Below, in pieces: positions 12,408-26,960 of a stretch of DNA of 64,000 nt (the stretch's first letter is position 1; the number at the start of each line of letters is the position of its first letter). The notes below the pieces were generated by a model, which was given only the letters and a program-made list of their open reading frames with translations, was not told the origin of the DNA and made no database searches. The stretch is from Podarcis erhardii (taxonomy: Eukaryota): the NCBI GenBank assembly GCA_964252035.1, contig OZ176205.1, one strand, 5' to 3'. The translations under genes were made by a program, and so were the position numbers.

Positions 12408-13195
12408 TGTTGCGGTGGGGTCTGCTGAGCCACCCCTCTGTTACCAGGCAGGGTCTCTAAAGATGGCCTGGGGCAGTGATTGGTTCACTGGGTTGCTGGG
12501 GTAAAAGTTATGTTGCAATTTTGGTGGGAGGGGTAAAATGTTTAAATACTCTGCACGCAGCCTGGAGCTTTCTCTTTGCTGCGTGCAACGGATCACCCGC
12601 CCACCCACCCTTGAGTAAGGAGTTGTTGCATTGACCTTGCTATGCCTGTCATGGGGTTGTCTGCCGTTGGGGCAGGGGCCTGGTAGGAATTTTGTCCATC
12701 TGGCTGATTGGCTGGGCCATTTGGTTTTTGCCTACTGCGTAGCAAATCGTCACAACTTGTAAGATTGTGGTTAGGCATTGGTTATAAATTGGTGGAGGAG
12801 GGGTTAGGATAGGCTGGGCCTGCCCCTCCATGGTTGCTGCGGAAAGGGAATTCCGTTAAAGGAATCCTGGGGCTTGCCATCTTTTCATCCAATCCCTGGA
12901 ATGGGACTAGGGCCGGCAAGCCTTCGGGGAGCATGCGGATGAGAATTGAGGGTCTGTGGCCCAGCTCCATTTCTCCCCGACTTGCTTTCCCCCACACTGT
13001 CTTTCGGTGATGCCCGGAAGTCAGTTCTGTCCCCAGGCGGGGGGGACAGATAGTCTTAACCAATGCCTAAACAACCACTCACGGTTTTGTATTTAAATAA
13101 AGTTGTGGCCAAAATTATGCCAAAAACCTTAAACAAAAATTAAGTGTGCGTTGTGAGTTATTTGGGGGGTGGCTTGGGGACCTCGACACGCAATA
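12408..13195 (+). mobile_element. Probable solo LTR
   Basis: About 790 bp of GC-richer sequence bounded by tgttgcg...cgcaata (imperfect TG..CA-type inverted ends), with aataaa near 13096 followed by a U5-like segment. No clear TSD. Confidence 0.5.
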
Positions 13196-13734
13196 GTCAT
13201 TTCCCCCTATTTTATAACATTTTGTTGTGTCACAGTACCAAACAGTTCACCAACATAACATTTCTAATTATTTACTTGTCTATATAAGTAGATATTTTCT
13301 AAAAACAAATGATAGCTTATATTCCTAAAATTATTTCAGTGCATTAAGCATAAAATTGTATTTGCACACCTAAAAAGCAGTTCTTAAACACAAAGCCATG
13401 GCACCCCCCCCCCCCAATTTTTATTTTTTAGGTCTAACTGATACAGGGTTCTGCTTCACTGCTGAAATGCCTGTACTGTTTAACAAAATGTTTAGAAAAA
13501 TAATAATCCAAAATTAGTTATACATGTTCTCAATTTCCATTCAATTTCCTGCCTGTTGACATCTCAGATTAATTCATTTCCTATAACATTTTTAATTAAA
13601 TATAAATTAGATTGGTTGGACATTTTTCACTATAACATGACATCTCTTAATCGCCAGTGTTATGTTAATACTACTCAAGGTTGAATTTCCTTTGAAATGA
13701 GACACAATACTTGATTAGGAGTTAAGACTATAAG

Positions 13735-14270
13735 AAGAGCCCTGCTAGATCAGACTGCCATGCTGTTGTCACACTGGCCAACCAGATTGCTATGAGAAGT
13801 CTGCAAGTGATACAGACACAACAGACCTCCTCAGCAACTGGTATTCAGAAGCATATTCTCTCTGGTAGTACATAGCCTAATAACCATTGATAACCTCCAT
13901 GAATTTGTCTACCCACCTTTTAAAACATCCAAGTTGGTGGCCATTACTTTATATACATTACGATCTATACATTATCTGTACTCTGTCTGAAGTATTTGTG
14001 TCTGTCTTGACTCTTACAACATTCAGTTGCATTGGATGTCCTTGGATTCTAGTATATTCAGGGAGAGATAAAAACTTACTGATTTCCATTTTCTGCATTT
14101 CATGCATAATCTTATACAGCGCTATCATGTCCCCCCTTCCCTCCCCCCCCCCGAAATTTCCAAACCCTTTCTCATAGAGGAGTTGTTCCTAGCCACATTA
14201 TCATTTTGGTTGCCATTTTCTTAACCTGCTCCAGTTCTGTAACATTCTATTTGAGGTGCAGCAACCATTG
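13735..14270 (-). mobile_element. Old CR1 LINE 3' fragment
   Basis: Starts taagaagagccctgctagatcagac (reverse complement of a CR1 3' end) and continues with degenerate reverse-strand ORF2-like sequence. Boundaries are approximate. Confidence 0.6.
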
Positions 14271-17200
14271 GAGGCTGGTAGAACCTACACTTGTTGGGAC
14301 ATCTAGGAGGGACATCTTAACCACTCTGTGGCTTCCCCCTCCCCTGGTTCAACTAAGAAAGGATCTTAATGCAACTTATTCTCATGAAAGTGGACAACGA
14401 TTGCGGGCAGCATACATCATCCACTGAAATTAAATTGTAGCAATTACCCCAGTGTCATATTGTGAGCTTCATGGCTGAGGGAGGTTTTGAATTCAGGTCT
14501 CCCAGGTTCAAGCCCTTTGAGGTGGTGATAGCAGCAGCTTGTGGGTATATGACTAGCTGCTGCAAGATGGGGTAACCACAGTAAAGATCTTGCTTCTTTC
14601 CTTATATGTTCACATTTACTTTCTAGAGGCTGCTCCATGTGAGATGGAAGAAGTTCAATAGAACTTACTTCCAGGGAAATGTGTATAGGTTTAATGTAGG
14701 ATATATCGGCAGGTTCCAATCAACTGGGAAATCTTGATAAGAGTTTCTGGTGCCTTTAATGTACATTTAAAAATGCTCACTAAATTAGTGGAGGGCAGAC
14801 TTCAAGCTTTTGTGTCTGGGATCTATTTTACTAAAACTCCAAGAGCCACCAACTACAGCCACTCTGTTAAGCAGCTTGTTTTGTTGTAATCACTGTTGCA
14901 GCCCCATCCCCCTGAAATAATTTCATATATAAATGTTTAATACATTTAAAGTTGCATTTATACAGACATATCTATGAGGCCTATTGAACCCTATAGGAAT
15001 TACATCTGAGTAGTCATGTATAGAATTGTGCTGGCACTCTCCACTTAAATTTAAAATGATTTAAATGCTATAAATATAAAGTTCCAAAAAAAAAAAAATC
15101 ACAACAAAACTGTTTAGGATAGCTTGCAATTTCAACAGAAGCCTCCGTAATTCTCTCTCCTGTCCTATCAAAGAAATAGTTTCCTTTGCAAGTTCTTGCA
15201 TTCATTTCTCTCACCTATTTCTCTCATACTAGTCTTACAGTAGAAGCAAAAGGGGGGATTTTCCCTTCTTACCTCAGTCAAGGAAATGTCATGCATCCGC
15301 AAAAGTCCCGCCTCTCTGCTCTTTCATGCATGCACACACCACTAGGGACCAAGGGAGGAACTGATGAAGGGAATTACATGCTGCGCATTAAAAAGAGCAA
15401 AAAGCTTGGGGCTATGCAAGAATTTCCCCACCCCTCTCCCATGGAGATTAGACCTTAAGTTTTCTGCTTCCAGGTGTGGCTTCTGAGAGAGAGAGAAGCA
15501 AGAATATTGAAACAAGAAACACCCTACCCTCTCTGCCCTGTGCTTTCTGTGAGAGAGTAGCTTGATTTTATTTGTGTCCACTCTTTGGAGACAAAAGAGC
15601 GATTTACTGCTAGAGATTTTTATAACTGGTGAAGCAGAGAAGATGGACAGAAACTACTCAGTCACCAGTGGGCTGGTTTGGTAGAAGGCATCTTCCAACA
15701 TTCCTGTGACAATAAACATGCAGAATACAAAGCACTTACACTATTCACAGGTATTTTGCATTCAGTGCATTTCCATTACTAGAATAATCTCATGTTGAGA
15801 AATCACTAATGAATATATCACAGTCTTTATTCATTTTTTCTGCTAATAGACCTGATCAGAGATTTATTTCACAGGTTACAATACACTGTCTTAAGATTCC
15901 ACTTTGTGTTAAGACAATATAGGCTTTAATTATTCTATCATCCACTTTAGCCTTGCAAGCTCTCAGTTGGAAACTCCATAATCTACTTTCCAAGGTCTGT
16001 GTTTCTTCTGGTAAAACTCCTGCTCTGAATATTTATAGTTTATCAAAGCTTCAAATTTTAATGAAACTGCCACTTCAAACTGAAAGTTTTAGGACATGAA
16101 TATCCTTTTGATTTTCTAAATAAGATTAACTGCATTTCAACTGAACTAATCCTCAACTGTCTGATGGTTCTCTGTGGACTGTCAGCAGTTTTAATAACTT
16201 TTAAGAAATCTTTACATGTATTTGAAAAAATACACTGGCCTGGATCCATAACACAAGCTGTCCATGTGCGGAAATCACTACTGCATGTGCTTGAGATAAT
16301 TATTTCTGGCATTAGCTCCTTGTGTTTCACCCTAAGTCCCCACCCGCAATAAGGGGGACCTTTTGAAGGGATCCTTGAGATATCCACTGGAAGAGGGAGC
16401 TAAAAGCTCCCATGTGCTATCCAGGGCTGCCCCTTCCTCATTAAACAGAGGAAGGTAACCTCCTCAGGCTAGGGAACAAGGAGGTGAAGAACAGAGCTTT
16501 TTTGCACCCTAAACTATCTTGATGCCTCTGGGTATGGTGGAAGACAATGTCCTGTCATCACTGATAAATTAAAATGCAACTGAGTCCTCTTGGATTCTAC
16601 TTTGTGGAATGGAGGAACATCATTTTGTCCTACTCAGGTCGCCCTGATCTAGACTAAAATCTGATTAGGAGAAAGCAGCATTTTAACATATCTTGGGAGT
16701 CTTGGAAATTGATGACTTATTTTACCTTCATTTTCAGTTGTGAAGACATTTGTTATTCACTAACATTTGAGAAAATATATATATCAATGTGTGTGAAAAT
16801 ACTGTTCATCGTATACCTCACAGTGATAACTACTTCTGATATGAAGCAGAACCTTCTATAGGGCTTTGTCATAGGAGAATATTGTTAGTCATAGAAGGAG
16901 GCTATATATACAGATTGGGTGCTCACATTTTTGTGTCTGTAGCTTACGTAGGAACCTGGGCAAATCATTTTCTACTAACTTAACAATAGTAGGCTTCATT
17001 GCCGTAGTAAAAATATTGAGAGAAAGCCTTGATGACACATGTTGTTCTTACATAGATTAAAAAAGAATGGCCAGCAATAGAGATCTAGTGTGTATTCAGA
17101 TGTATGTATGTGTTAACATTATTTTTTCTTTACCCCCTTTTACCTATATTTTACGGAAGTATTTTTCACAGATATAAATGATGTAAATGTTTAGATGGAA

Positions 17201-20200
17201 TAACTTCTTTTATCTTGTATCTGACAAATTTAATTTAGTTTTATACAACATTTGTTGTTATTATTAAAATTAGTATACCACCCTTCATCTGTAGATCTCA
17301 GGGCAGATGACAACTTAAAAATACAAGATAAAAACTGCAAAATACATACTAAAAATAAGAACAAATACAAACCAATAACCCCCCCCATTCCCTCCCACAA
17401 CACATTTAAAAGGGTATCATTGTTAATTAGCCAAAGGCCAAATGTAGTTTATTGGGAATTGTTTACCATGGCATAATTCTAATTGATTGGCAATAGATAG
17501 AAAATGAAAAGTAATGCAATATATTTTAAGATCAGAGAAATTAAATAACAAATCATTTATTAGTGTATCTAGCTGCAGCTCAGCAAGTAGTTTTCTACCG
17601 CTTGACAGATTTGAGTAATTTCATGCACAGTTGAACTTTTAAAAAGCAGAGAAGTGCAATTATGAATTCTATTTCTCATTTAGTATAACTTCTTTATTCT
17701 ACATGATCTTGCACAGTGGAAACTGCAAATATTTCTGTCCAGAATGATGACCTTGATATTTCCTGTTGAAATAAAAATCAGTATTGGGATTTAATACTCT
17801 TGCAGAAGATTTTGTACTCTGGCATTTTACCATCAATATATTGTTGCCAATGTATTAATAAGCAGTGTGAACAAAAAGAATTAAAAACTCCTGAAATTTA
17901 TGATATATTGTAACTGATCCTATGTCGTATGGATGTGGAACCAGTAGCATAGTTTGCTTGCTAGTTAAATATGTATTGGGAAAAGGTTTACCTGTTGATC
18001 ATTTATTATGATTGTTGGGTGCTAGCCACGTAAATAGATCCATTACTGCAAGGACTTTTGGCTATGCAAAGGAACTTCTCTTCCTCTTCTTGTGTACCCC
18101 TATGTCTTCCAAAATCTGGAGCAGATTTCAAAAGGACGTCAGAGTGCTCAGAGAGAGGAGAGGAAGAGGAAGTTTGTTGCACAAGCAGAAATCCTTGCTG
18201 ATAGCAAATCTATTTTGTTGGATATTATTTATAGCTGCTAGTGTAACAATAAAAAGGTAGCAACTCTGAGTGCTGTAGCCAAATGCACATACCACTTTTG
18301 CCAGGTTATTTGAATTAAGGATTATTTTTAAATACAGTAATTTTAATGAGATTAAAGCCAGTTTCTTAAAAATTTAATGAGAACTGACTATCTTTGTGCA
18401 CATTAATCTGACTAAAAATGAATTTGCAAGAAACTGGACATCACTAAAAGAGATTTTGATGATTAATGCAATATGGGGCCACTAATTTAACACTTAGGAA
18501 AGGGATGGTGAACCTACAGGCTACCAGGATCTCTGTACTTCCCCTGGCATTCACACGCCTTCATTTAGGCACCACCTGACCTTCTTCAAGCCCTCTATTT
18601 AAGACTCTCATTATAACAGCAGCCAAAGCATAACAAAGTGCCCCTTGCAGTATTTTTGTGATATTTGGCAACACTTTGGAAGTGTTCTGCTCACCTTTCT
18701 GCTGAAAGAAGAAGCACTGTATGTCTAAAGCAGATAATCTGAATGGTAAGGATCCACATGTCGGCAAGCTGAAGAAGTGACAGTGTTGTGTTCCGTTCTG
18801 CCTATTTCCATGAGCAGATTTAAATGACCAATGGAAAGGTGAATGTTGTTTGTTTCTTAGGGAGGGTGCGTGTGTTAACGTAAAGGATAGATGAGAATAA
18901 CTGGTGTGTGTGGTGGCAGTAGTGGGAGGGATGTGCTGAAACGGTACAGAAAGAAAACATTTTTCTTTTCCCTACTGACAATGGGGTAACCCCCTACAGT
19001 TGATCTAGCCTGAAAAAGTAAGAGTCACATTTGCTATGCCAACCACTTTTTGGTCCAGCCCCACCTATTGCTGAAATGGATCTCCTGACAGCTTTTCACC
19101 AAGATAGTGCAGTTCTTACTGACGTAGGCATGAGAAACTGAAATTTGAATGAGAAGGGCACCTAACTACAAAAACAAAGAAAAAGAACCACAAGCAAGAA
19201 GTGTAAAACCTTTGACAACGCAGATGGCAAGGTTCCCTTCAAGGAATCATGAAGATTTAGCACTTGCATAGATGAATCACTTGGATAATATTACAGAAAT
19301 TATGTAATTGCAATTTTATACTGCAGTGTTTGACATTTTCTCAGAATAATTTTAAGGTCATATTAGCTTTGTCTTTAGTCAATTATGAAGAAAACCACCT
19401 TGTCTCTTATTTCCGTAGCATGTTCTCTCAGCTTCTACTTTATGCACCATTATGACAATATTATGTTAATAGAGAAGGACATTCATTCTGGATTCTTGGT
19501 TTCTGCTCCTGAAATTCATACTTCCTGGCTACAGTCATTTAATCTTTTTATATTTAGGTTTTTCCATTTGTAAGAACAGATATTATTTCAGAGAGTGAAC
19601 AGACATCCATAGGGAAAAGTAGTTATTTGGATAATTTGGTCCAATACACTTAGGGCTTTTAAAGGGAACCAGCATTTTGAATTGTGTTCGGAAATGGGCT
19701 GATGGCCTGCGCAGGTGGTACTGCAAGTGGGTGACCTAATCCTGACATTTAGCAAGTGTCAGGAGCTTTAGCGGCAGAATCCTGTTTTTGAATAGTCTTT
19801 GAGGGCAATGGCAGCCCTATGTACAGCACAGTACTGTAAATCTGTTCGGATGTAACAAGTATATGTGTGACTTCTGTCAGGTCAGCTACCCCAAACGCAG
19901 GCTCAAATCATGATCACTGGTTAGGTGTTTTTGACAATGTTGTGTAATTTTTTAAAAAACAAAACCAAAACAGAATGAGTTTCACATGTGTTGTACAAAA
20001 TAGTTTCCTGTATGAGTTTTATTTAAAACTAAACATGCATTAATAAAGATAGAGTATGAGATCAGAAAGAAGGGTGAAAATTAAGGAGGACGTCAACTCT
20101 ATACCAACTCAATGGTATTTCCAAGTGGACTTGTATAGGATAGTGCTGTTATAGACAGAATGAAATGGTATGGCTATGAGAATATACAAGTGAATATTCA

Positions 20201-23200
20201 CCTGTTTACGATGCTATTGATGCTCATTGTGGGCAAGTGAAAAAGATAAGGGTCTCAAATAAAATGTAGACACTTCCTGTAGGCGATGGGACAAGTGGAG
20301 GAAAATATGCCTAACATGTTTTCACACATTAGACTTGTCTAATAGTAGAATCCCTGTTCTTGTAATGTTTGTATTTAGAACTTATTTGCTTAATATTTCT
20401 TTATGCTGAAATCTGATATTTAAAGCATTAGGAAGAATTTAAGTTTTCCTTGGGCATCCCTTTCAGTTTAGATAATAGATTTCACCATGTAAGGGTTCAT
20501 TCATAAGGAAGATTAGCCACATGTTAATCACATAGTGGTGTATTCACAAAATTAAACATTATATATAAGGGTCTGGGCTAAAAACTAAGATTTTACTTTA
20601 GTGCTCTAGGTTACTTTCCTTCATGACTGAATGATATTATACAATATTTGGAAGAATATTTTCACTAAGTTGAGGTATTCAGAAAACATTTCCCTGCAAT
20701 GAATACTATTTTTCTCCTTTCTTTGCCCTTGAACTTGGGCCTAAATGGCTTTAATCAAGCAGGAGACACCAAAATATATTTTCATCACTCTCCAAATTAA
20801 TTTTAAGTTGATTAAGTAAGAAGTGCAGAAAATTTAATTTCAAATTATTTCCTAATGTTATAAGTTAGTGCTCTCTTAAGTGCCATAAGCCATTTGGTAG
20901 TTTTAGACACCTCTTCTACTCCAGCAGTTCCATCTTTTGGGCATTGAAATTGATTTTTCTCATCTTAGCATTTGAAGATCCAGAGTGTGCCCCTTGCCCC
21001 ATCGCCTGGGAGAGTACAATGGCACCAACAGCAGAGGATGTGAAGGCAGCAGCTTTTCGAGCACCTGAAATGGCAGCATCAGGAGCATCAGCACGAATAG
21101 ACTGTGTTGAGGTAGTTCTCCCACACTATACTATGAAACCAAAACAGTTTGGGGATACTACATGCTGATGAAGGCTGCCTTTTACTATATTGACCTTTAT
21201 GCAAATGTTTGCTGTGTTTTAGAATATTCACATTTTCTTTGCATGGCCATGAGAAGAGAATCTGCCCATGCTTGAAATTTTGCTTAGACATACACTGGGC
21301 CAATTCCCAGGAATTTTATCAATTCACAGCCATACATTTTGAAGATCAATATTACCAATTTGTAATGTAGCCAATGCAGCCACTGAAATAATAGTAGTAT
21401 AATCATTAACAGAACCAACAAATTTAAAGTTGTGTTAGTTTAAATGTAGGAAAACTATAGGTAAGATGTTAAGTTTCTATTAAAGCCTTTAGTCCTGTCA
21501 CTTAAAATTGCTTCTGAAAATACTTTTTTTCCTCATAGCCAATTAATAACAATCATTAATGACAGAATATCAGAAGGTCTTCTGCTAATGCTTACTTCCA
21601 AGTCAGGCACAGGCATGTGTCTGAAAGGACACTTCAGACATTCCGGGGAAGAAGCATGAGTGATTTGTGCTGTTTAATCAAATGTTTCCAGTCTTATTTG
21701 AAGGAAACATAAATGCATATCCTGTTTGCCATAGGGCTGGTGGGGAAATGCATTGTGCCTCTGAATCAGGAGAATGTACATCTCCCTCAGGGAATATATG
21801 CATCTCCTTTCAGTAAGACATGGAAGATGGAGAAAAGAAGCCAAAGTCACTCAAGTTTATTCTCAACACTATTCTAGACTGTCTAAAATAGCTCTGATTT
21901 GTGCAGAGACAGAGGGATAAGTCCTTTTGATGTTGTTGTTTTCCAACACAGGAGTGACTTTTAGATGTTTTCCTATATCTCTAAAGTAACTAATGATTTA
22001 AGTACGTTGTTGATTTATGTTCTTATGTTTGGATGATCTTCTGTACAGAAACTGCACTATGTTTATAAAATTTTAAATAGGCTCTATTTTTTAGTTTGTA
22101 TTAGTCATAATGTCTTGATAGAAATTTATATATAGTATTGCAACAGAGATATGATTCATTAGTTGTAGATGTGTTCACATGTATGTTTTTGGTTTTTTTA
22201 CTGATTGGTGTACACTTTCATTGGCACCATTTGAAGTGTGAGTTCCAATATTGAGAATGTTAGATGTGTATGTGAATATAAAGTGTAGCAGTTTTTATAT
22301 TTAAAGACAGGAATGGAGTTCATATAGCTATTGCAGTGGGTGCATGTAATTAACATAGAGAACTGTAAGCTGGTTATATGTCAAATGATATGAACAACTT
22401 TTATTTTTTTAAAATTGAAGAATTCCCAGTAACAAATGGACCCATGTTAAAAAAATTCACAAATAGAAATGACAAGCTAAATCAGGTTTGAACTACCTGC
22501 ACAATAACTAAATTGTACTAGTCAAAACTGAAATGTGAACGGCATTTCAGATGTCTTCTAAGGGACCTTTTCCACCCTCCTGCAACCCTGCACAATTGCC
22601 TCTGTATGTTGGGAAGCAGATCAGAAATGGGATATGACATATTTTCTTCAACTATGCTTCCAGTCCATTACCAGAGAGAAAGTAGCAAGAGGCTGCTCTC
22701 AAGAAGGGACTTCAGTTTTATGACATTTCCCCCCAGATAGACACTAACTGCAATATATTCTTGGAATATACAGTCCTTGCCTCTGGCTAAATAGGCCATT
22801 GTGATTTGAGGTGCCTCTCCAGAGAATGGTTATACCTGAGAATTAAATGTACGTACTAAAATGATAAAGTGTGAATGCAGCAAATGGATGCTTAAAATAT
22901 CTGCATCATTCAGGTGCACTAAACCAGAGAGCCAAGATTCTCTGCAATTTCCTGGGAAGGATTCAGCTAACAAGTCTCTTTAGTAAAAGCAAGTATAAGG
23001 GTGCCTGCTAGCACACTGGGGCTTCCTCCCTATTGCACACCCTTTCATTGAAATTTGCTGGAGAGGGAGGCCAGGAGAACCCCAGAACAGCACACAGGGG
23101 AGAAGAGGAGATTGTTCAATCCAGCAAGTTGAAAAGCTTGAGCTGATGGGATGATTGCCATAGTGCTACATAGAATTCCTCCCCCTGTCAAGTATAAACT

Positions 23201-24125
23201 AATTGGCAAACCAATGTCTGATGTTGTGTAATTTGTTTAGTGACTATCACATGGGAGATGAAACTGATGAGCTTCAAGGTGAAATGTGAAGAAGCTCCTT
23301 GTCGGTTTTACCTTTAGCAATTGTTCTATTGCATACATCTTCATCAAAAATAATAATTTTGATATCACTTTATTATGGTGTTGGATCAAACGGCAAATCA
23401 AATATGTCATTTGTAGTGTACCATTAAAGTGAGACTATTTTCACTAATTTAAAGAATGCCTGGTATATAACTTTGTAACATGTTTATTTTTTCCATATGG
23501 ATATTTTGATGCTTGTGCCATCTTATACTAATGAGTACATAAGATCTACTGACTTAAATAGCTCAAGATTAATATATAATGCATATATAAGGATTCCAAA
23601 AATATTCTGTTGCAGACTCTGTTGTATTTTTTATTGAATTCTGTTGTGATTATTGTGTTTTGGAAAACCAGTAAGTTTCTAACAATGGATCACTCTTTCA
23701 TATGTGTGATATTCCAGGGGGGGAAATGTGTTCCAATCATTGAATTGTGGGAAGCAATCTGCTTTCTCTGTGACCTCCTTTTAAATTTATTATAAGTTTC
23801 TCTTAGTATCTGTGCAGTCACACATATATGGGATCCGCACTTCCAAGTACATCATTTTTAAAAAATCTAGAACTAGACATGCCATCACCCACGCCACTGT
23901 TTGGTGCGCATTCTCAAGGGTATGTGGCTCCTGCCTTCCCAATTATTTTCTTTTCTACAGGTACAGCTACAACACAATGAAAAGATTTCTCCTGCTATTT
24001 CTTCATCCTCACATGGCAAAATAAATAGATGATTGCCACTTATTCTTTCTTCTCTTCTTGTGATTTTATTTTGTATTTATTCTCTTTTTACATTGTGTGT
24101 TTTAATTTGGTTTGGTTTACTCATA

Positions 24126-24425
24126 CAGTGGTGCCCCGCAAGACGAATGCCTCGCAAGACGAAAAACCCGCTAGACGAAAGGGTTTTCCGTTTTTCGATG
24201 CGCTTCGCAAGACGAATTTCCCTATGGGCTTGCTTCGCAAGACGAAAACGTCTTGCGAGTCTTGCCATTTTTTTCGCCCCCCCTTTTTCTAAGTCGCTAA
24301 TAGCCTCTTAGCCGCTAAGCCGCTAATAGCGCTAATCCGCTAATAGGGTTGCTTCGCAAGACGAAAAAACCGCTAGACGAAGAGACTCACGGAATGGATT
24401 ATTTTCGTCTTGCGAGGCACCATTG
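24126..24425. mobile_element. Tc1/mariner (Tigger-like) MITE, 300 bp
   Basis: TIRs cagtggtgccccgcaagacgaa and ttcgtcttgcgaggcaccattg (22 bp, 2 mismatches), flanked by TA at 24124-25 and 24426-27. Confidence 0.88.
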
Positions 24426-25554
24426 TATGTCTTTTGGCATCTCTCTCAACATTTTTGCTGAGTGGCTCTAAAGCTGGTTTTTCCTGCAAAGTTGCCCCAT
24501 AAAGTGGTCCTTGGGCTGAAGAAGGTTCCCCAGCTCTGCTTTATCAGGTCTAAGAAAAGAATTGAGAATTCCTCTTCAAGCATCCTTCACCTTACTTGGT
24601 CATTGGTGGAACTTACATATTGCATCTCATACTGCACATACAGATAATGGAGGTAGGAGACAGGCTATCATAGACAGTAAATTGTGTTCCATAGTGGCAC
24701 TGTCATTGTGCATTGCCAGCTACATGGTGTGCATATCTCAATATCAACATTCTTTGTGGGACAAGGCATCCTCCTTTTCTGGTTATTTTCCAAACAATGG
24801 AGGTGAACACGTCTCAGTTTTGTAACAGGAAGCAAACAGCAAATCCACACTCCTGACTGTATGTCAGAAACATTGACAAAAGCATCCATGGACATGCTTA
24901 GGTGCACTTCTCTGGACTGACATAGGATGCTAGAACTATGATTCAAAACTTACCATGGCTTAGGCCTTTTTTTTGGAAAAGGCAGTTGATGCCTTGGATA
25001 GAGAACAAAAACTCTGCAAGACAGCTTGTGATATGGATTTGACAATACAATAGTATACAAGTTTTGCTTTGGTCAAGGTTTGCTTTGGCACAGGACCTCT
25101 TCCAGTCATCCTACCTCCCTAGCTACAGAGGCTTCCCAGCAGACCTCTTTGTATTTTGAAAAGCTTCTCAGTTGGGAAGTCATTCAAGTGACATAAAACA
25201 TCAGACTCTTCCACATATCAGCTTTGACTTTCTCTTCATCATTTTTCTCCTCATCATTTTGCCAGTGTTTAGCAAGTAGCTAAGGGTGTTTTTTTGGTTG
25301 TTTGGTCTTCCCTCATTACTGACCAGTAGCTGCTTACCCTAGTGTTTGACTTTCTTCCTCAAGACAGAGTCTTTCACTTTATCCCCACCTCTCCTCCTTT
25401 AGAGGTATTGATACTCATCTAAATGGCAGCAGTGGAACAAGTACCCAGACATCAAAGATTGTTCTTAGGGGAGATGGGGAATCTCTGTCTGAAATTTGTA
25501 GGTACATTCATTTGACATTCCTTCCTTGCATTCATTGATCCATTGCATCCCCTG

Positions 25555-25714
25555 AAACGTGTGCAGAGGAGGGTGAAGGATCTGGAAACCAAGCCTTCTG
25601 AGGAGCAGTTGAGGGAGTTGGGTGTGTTTAGCCCATGGATAAGAGAATTCTGAGAGATATGATAGCCATCTTAAAATATTTGAAGGGCTGTTACATGGAA
25701 GATGAGCAAGCTTG
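25555..25714 (+). mobile_element. CR1 ORF2 3' fragment
   Basis: gtgcagaggagggtgaaggatctggaaaccaagcc...gatagccatcttaaaatatttgaagggctg resembles the CR1 RT C-terminus and matches the CR1 copy at 552-827. Confidence 0.7.
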
Positions 25715-26559
25715 ACCACTCCAACTTTAGACCAATTGGCCAACTATCTTGCCACAATGCTGAGTCTTCTTGACATCTTGGAACTCTGTGTAAATGTGGG
25801 GAAATCCTGTTTGGTATTAATGCACTGGCCTGAATTCATCAGAGCACTTTCCATCAACATACATTCTTATCTTTCGCATGGAAGAGAAAGAATATTCTTA
25901 TGTTTTCAGCTATGGCTGACCATAGTACTGAACAGCTTGCAGTCCAAATTCAGTTTTTCAGTTATTTTGCTTCAGTTCAGGGCTAACCCATTTGCTTTGA
26001 GCTTCTTACTACTTTTGATTATGGCACTTAAAATTTAAGCTGCCTTTCCTGGTTACTATTGCTTCAGTTCAAAGGGTTACTACATCAGCTTTCTATGTTC
26101 ATCTGGTACTACAGACTTGATGTTTGATCCAGAATGAATGCTCTTCTGGAAGGGCAGTGCTGAACCCTGAGCTTTCTAGGCAGCTCCCCAGCCTTTGGTA
26201 TGTTAGTTTGCTATTCATATAGCCTGCTCTTGCTCATTTTTTTTTGTATAGCCGCTGTGCGCAATCCATTAGGAATTGAGCAGGAAAGTGGGGGCCATGC
26301 CCTTTTGAGTGTGCACACACTGGGATAAGCAGCCTGCCAATACACTAACCAAGTTCAAGAAATCTGAAAAACAAGTCTGCACAGTCACAAAACCTATATG
26401 TCTCTGCACAGATCACTCATTGAAGAACTACAGTTACAGTTAAGCAAACTTTCTGAGTACCTCCTGGCTGTGTGTGTGCTTATGTGTTAATGTCAATTTT
26501 TAACAAACTCTTTGCCTCCTAATATGCTTCTCTACCTGATGTGGGATTATTCTTCTTGG

Positions 26560-26960
26560 GTTGAAATCAAGATACATTACATCTCCCTGATCCACTGAGC
26601 TTGAAACTCTTTCAAAAATGGAAATATGATTAGGCTGGTATGACTTGTTTTTGAGAAAGATGTGCTAGTTCTTAGTAATCACAGCATCCTTTTTTGAGTG
26701 TACACCTTTCCTTGCATCAGTGTCAAGCTGACTAGTTGGTAGTTGCCTGGGTTTCCCCCTTTTTAAAGTTGGGGACCACATTTGCCTGCCTCCCAGGGAC
26801 CTCACCTATTCTCAAAGAATTCTATTATAGACAGAGGCTCTGATATTATGTCTGCAAATTCCTTTAGTATCGTCAGATGTATTTCATCAGACCACGGAGA
26901 TTTGAATTCATTTAAAGTAGCTAGGTGTTCCCTTACTGCCTCTTCTCTTTTCTTGGGCTG
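26560..26960 (-). mobile_element. Degenerate CR1 ORF2 internal fragment
   Basis: Contains ...cttagtaatcacagcatcc...gtcaagctgactagttggtagttgcctgg, the reverse-strand pattern of the CR1 RT region around the YRPVSLT motif. Boundaries are approximate. Confidence 0.6.
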
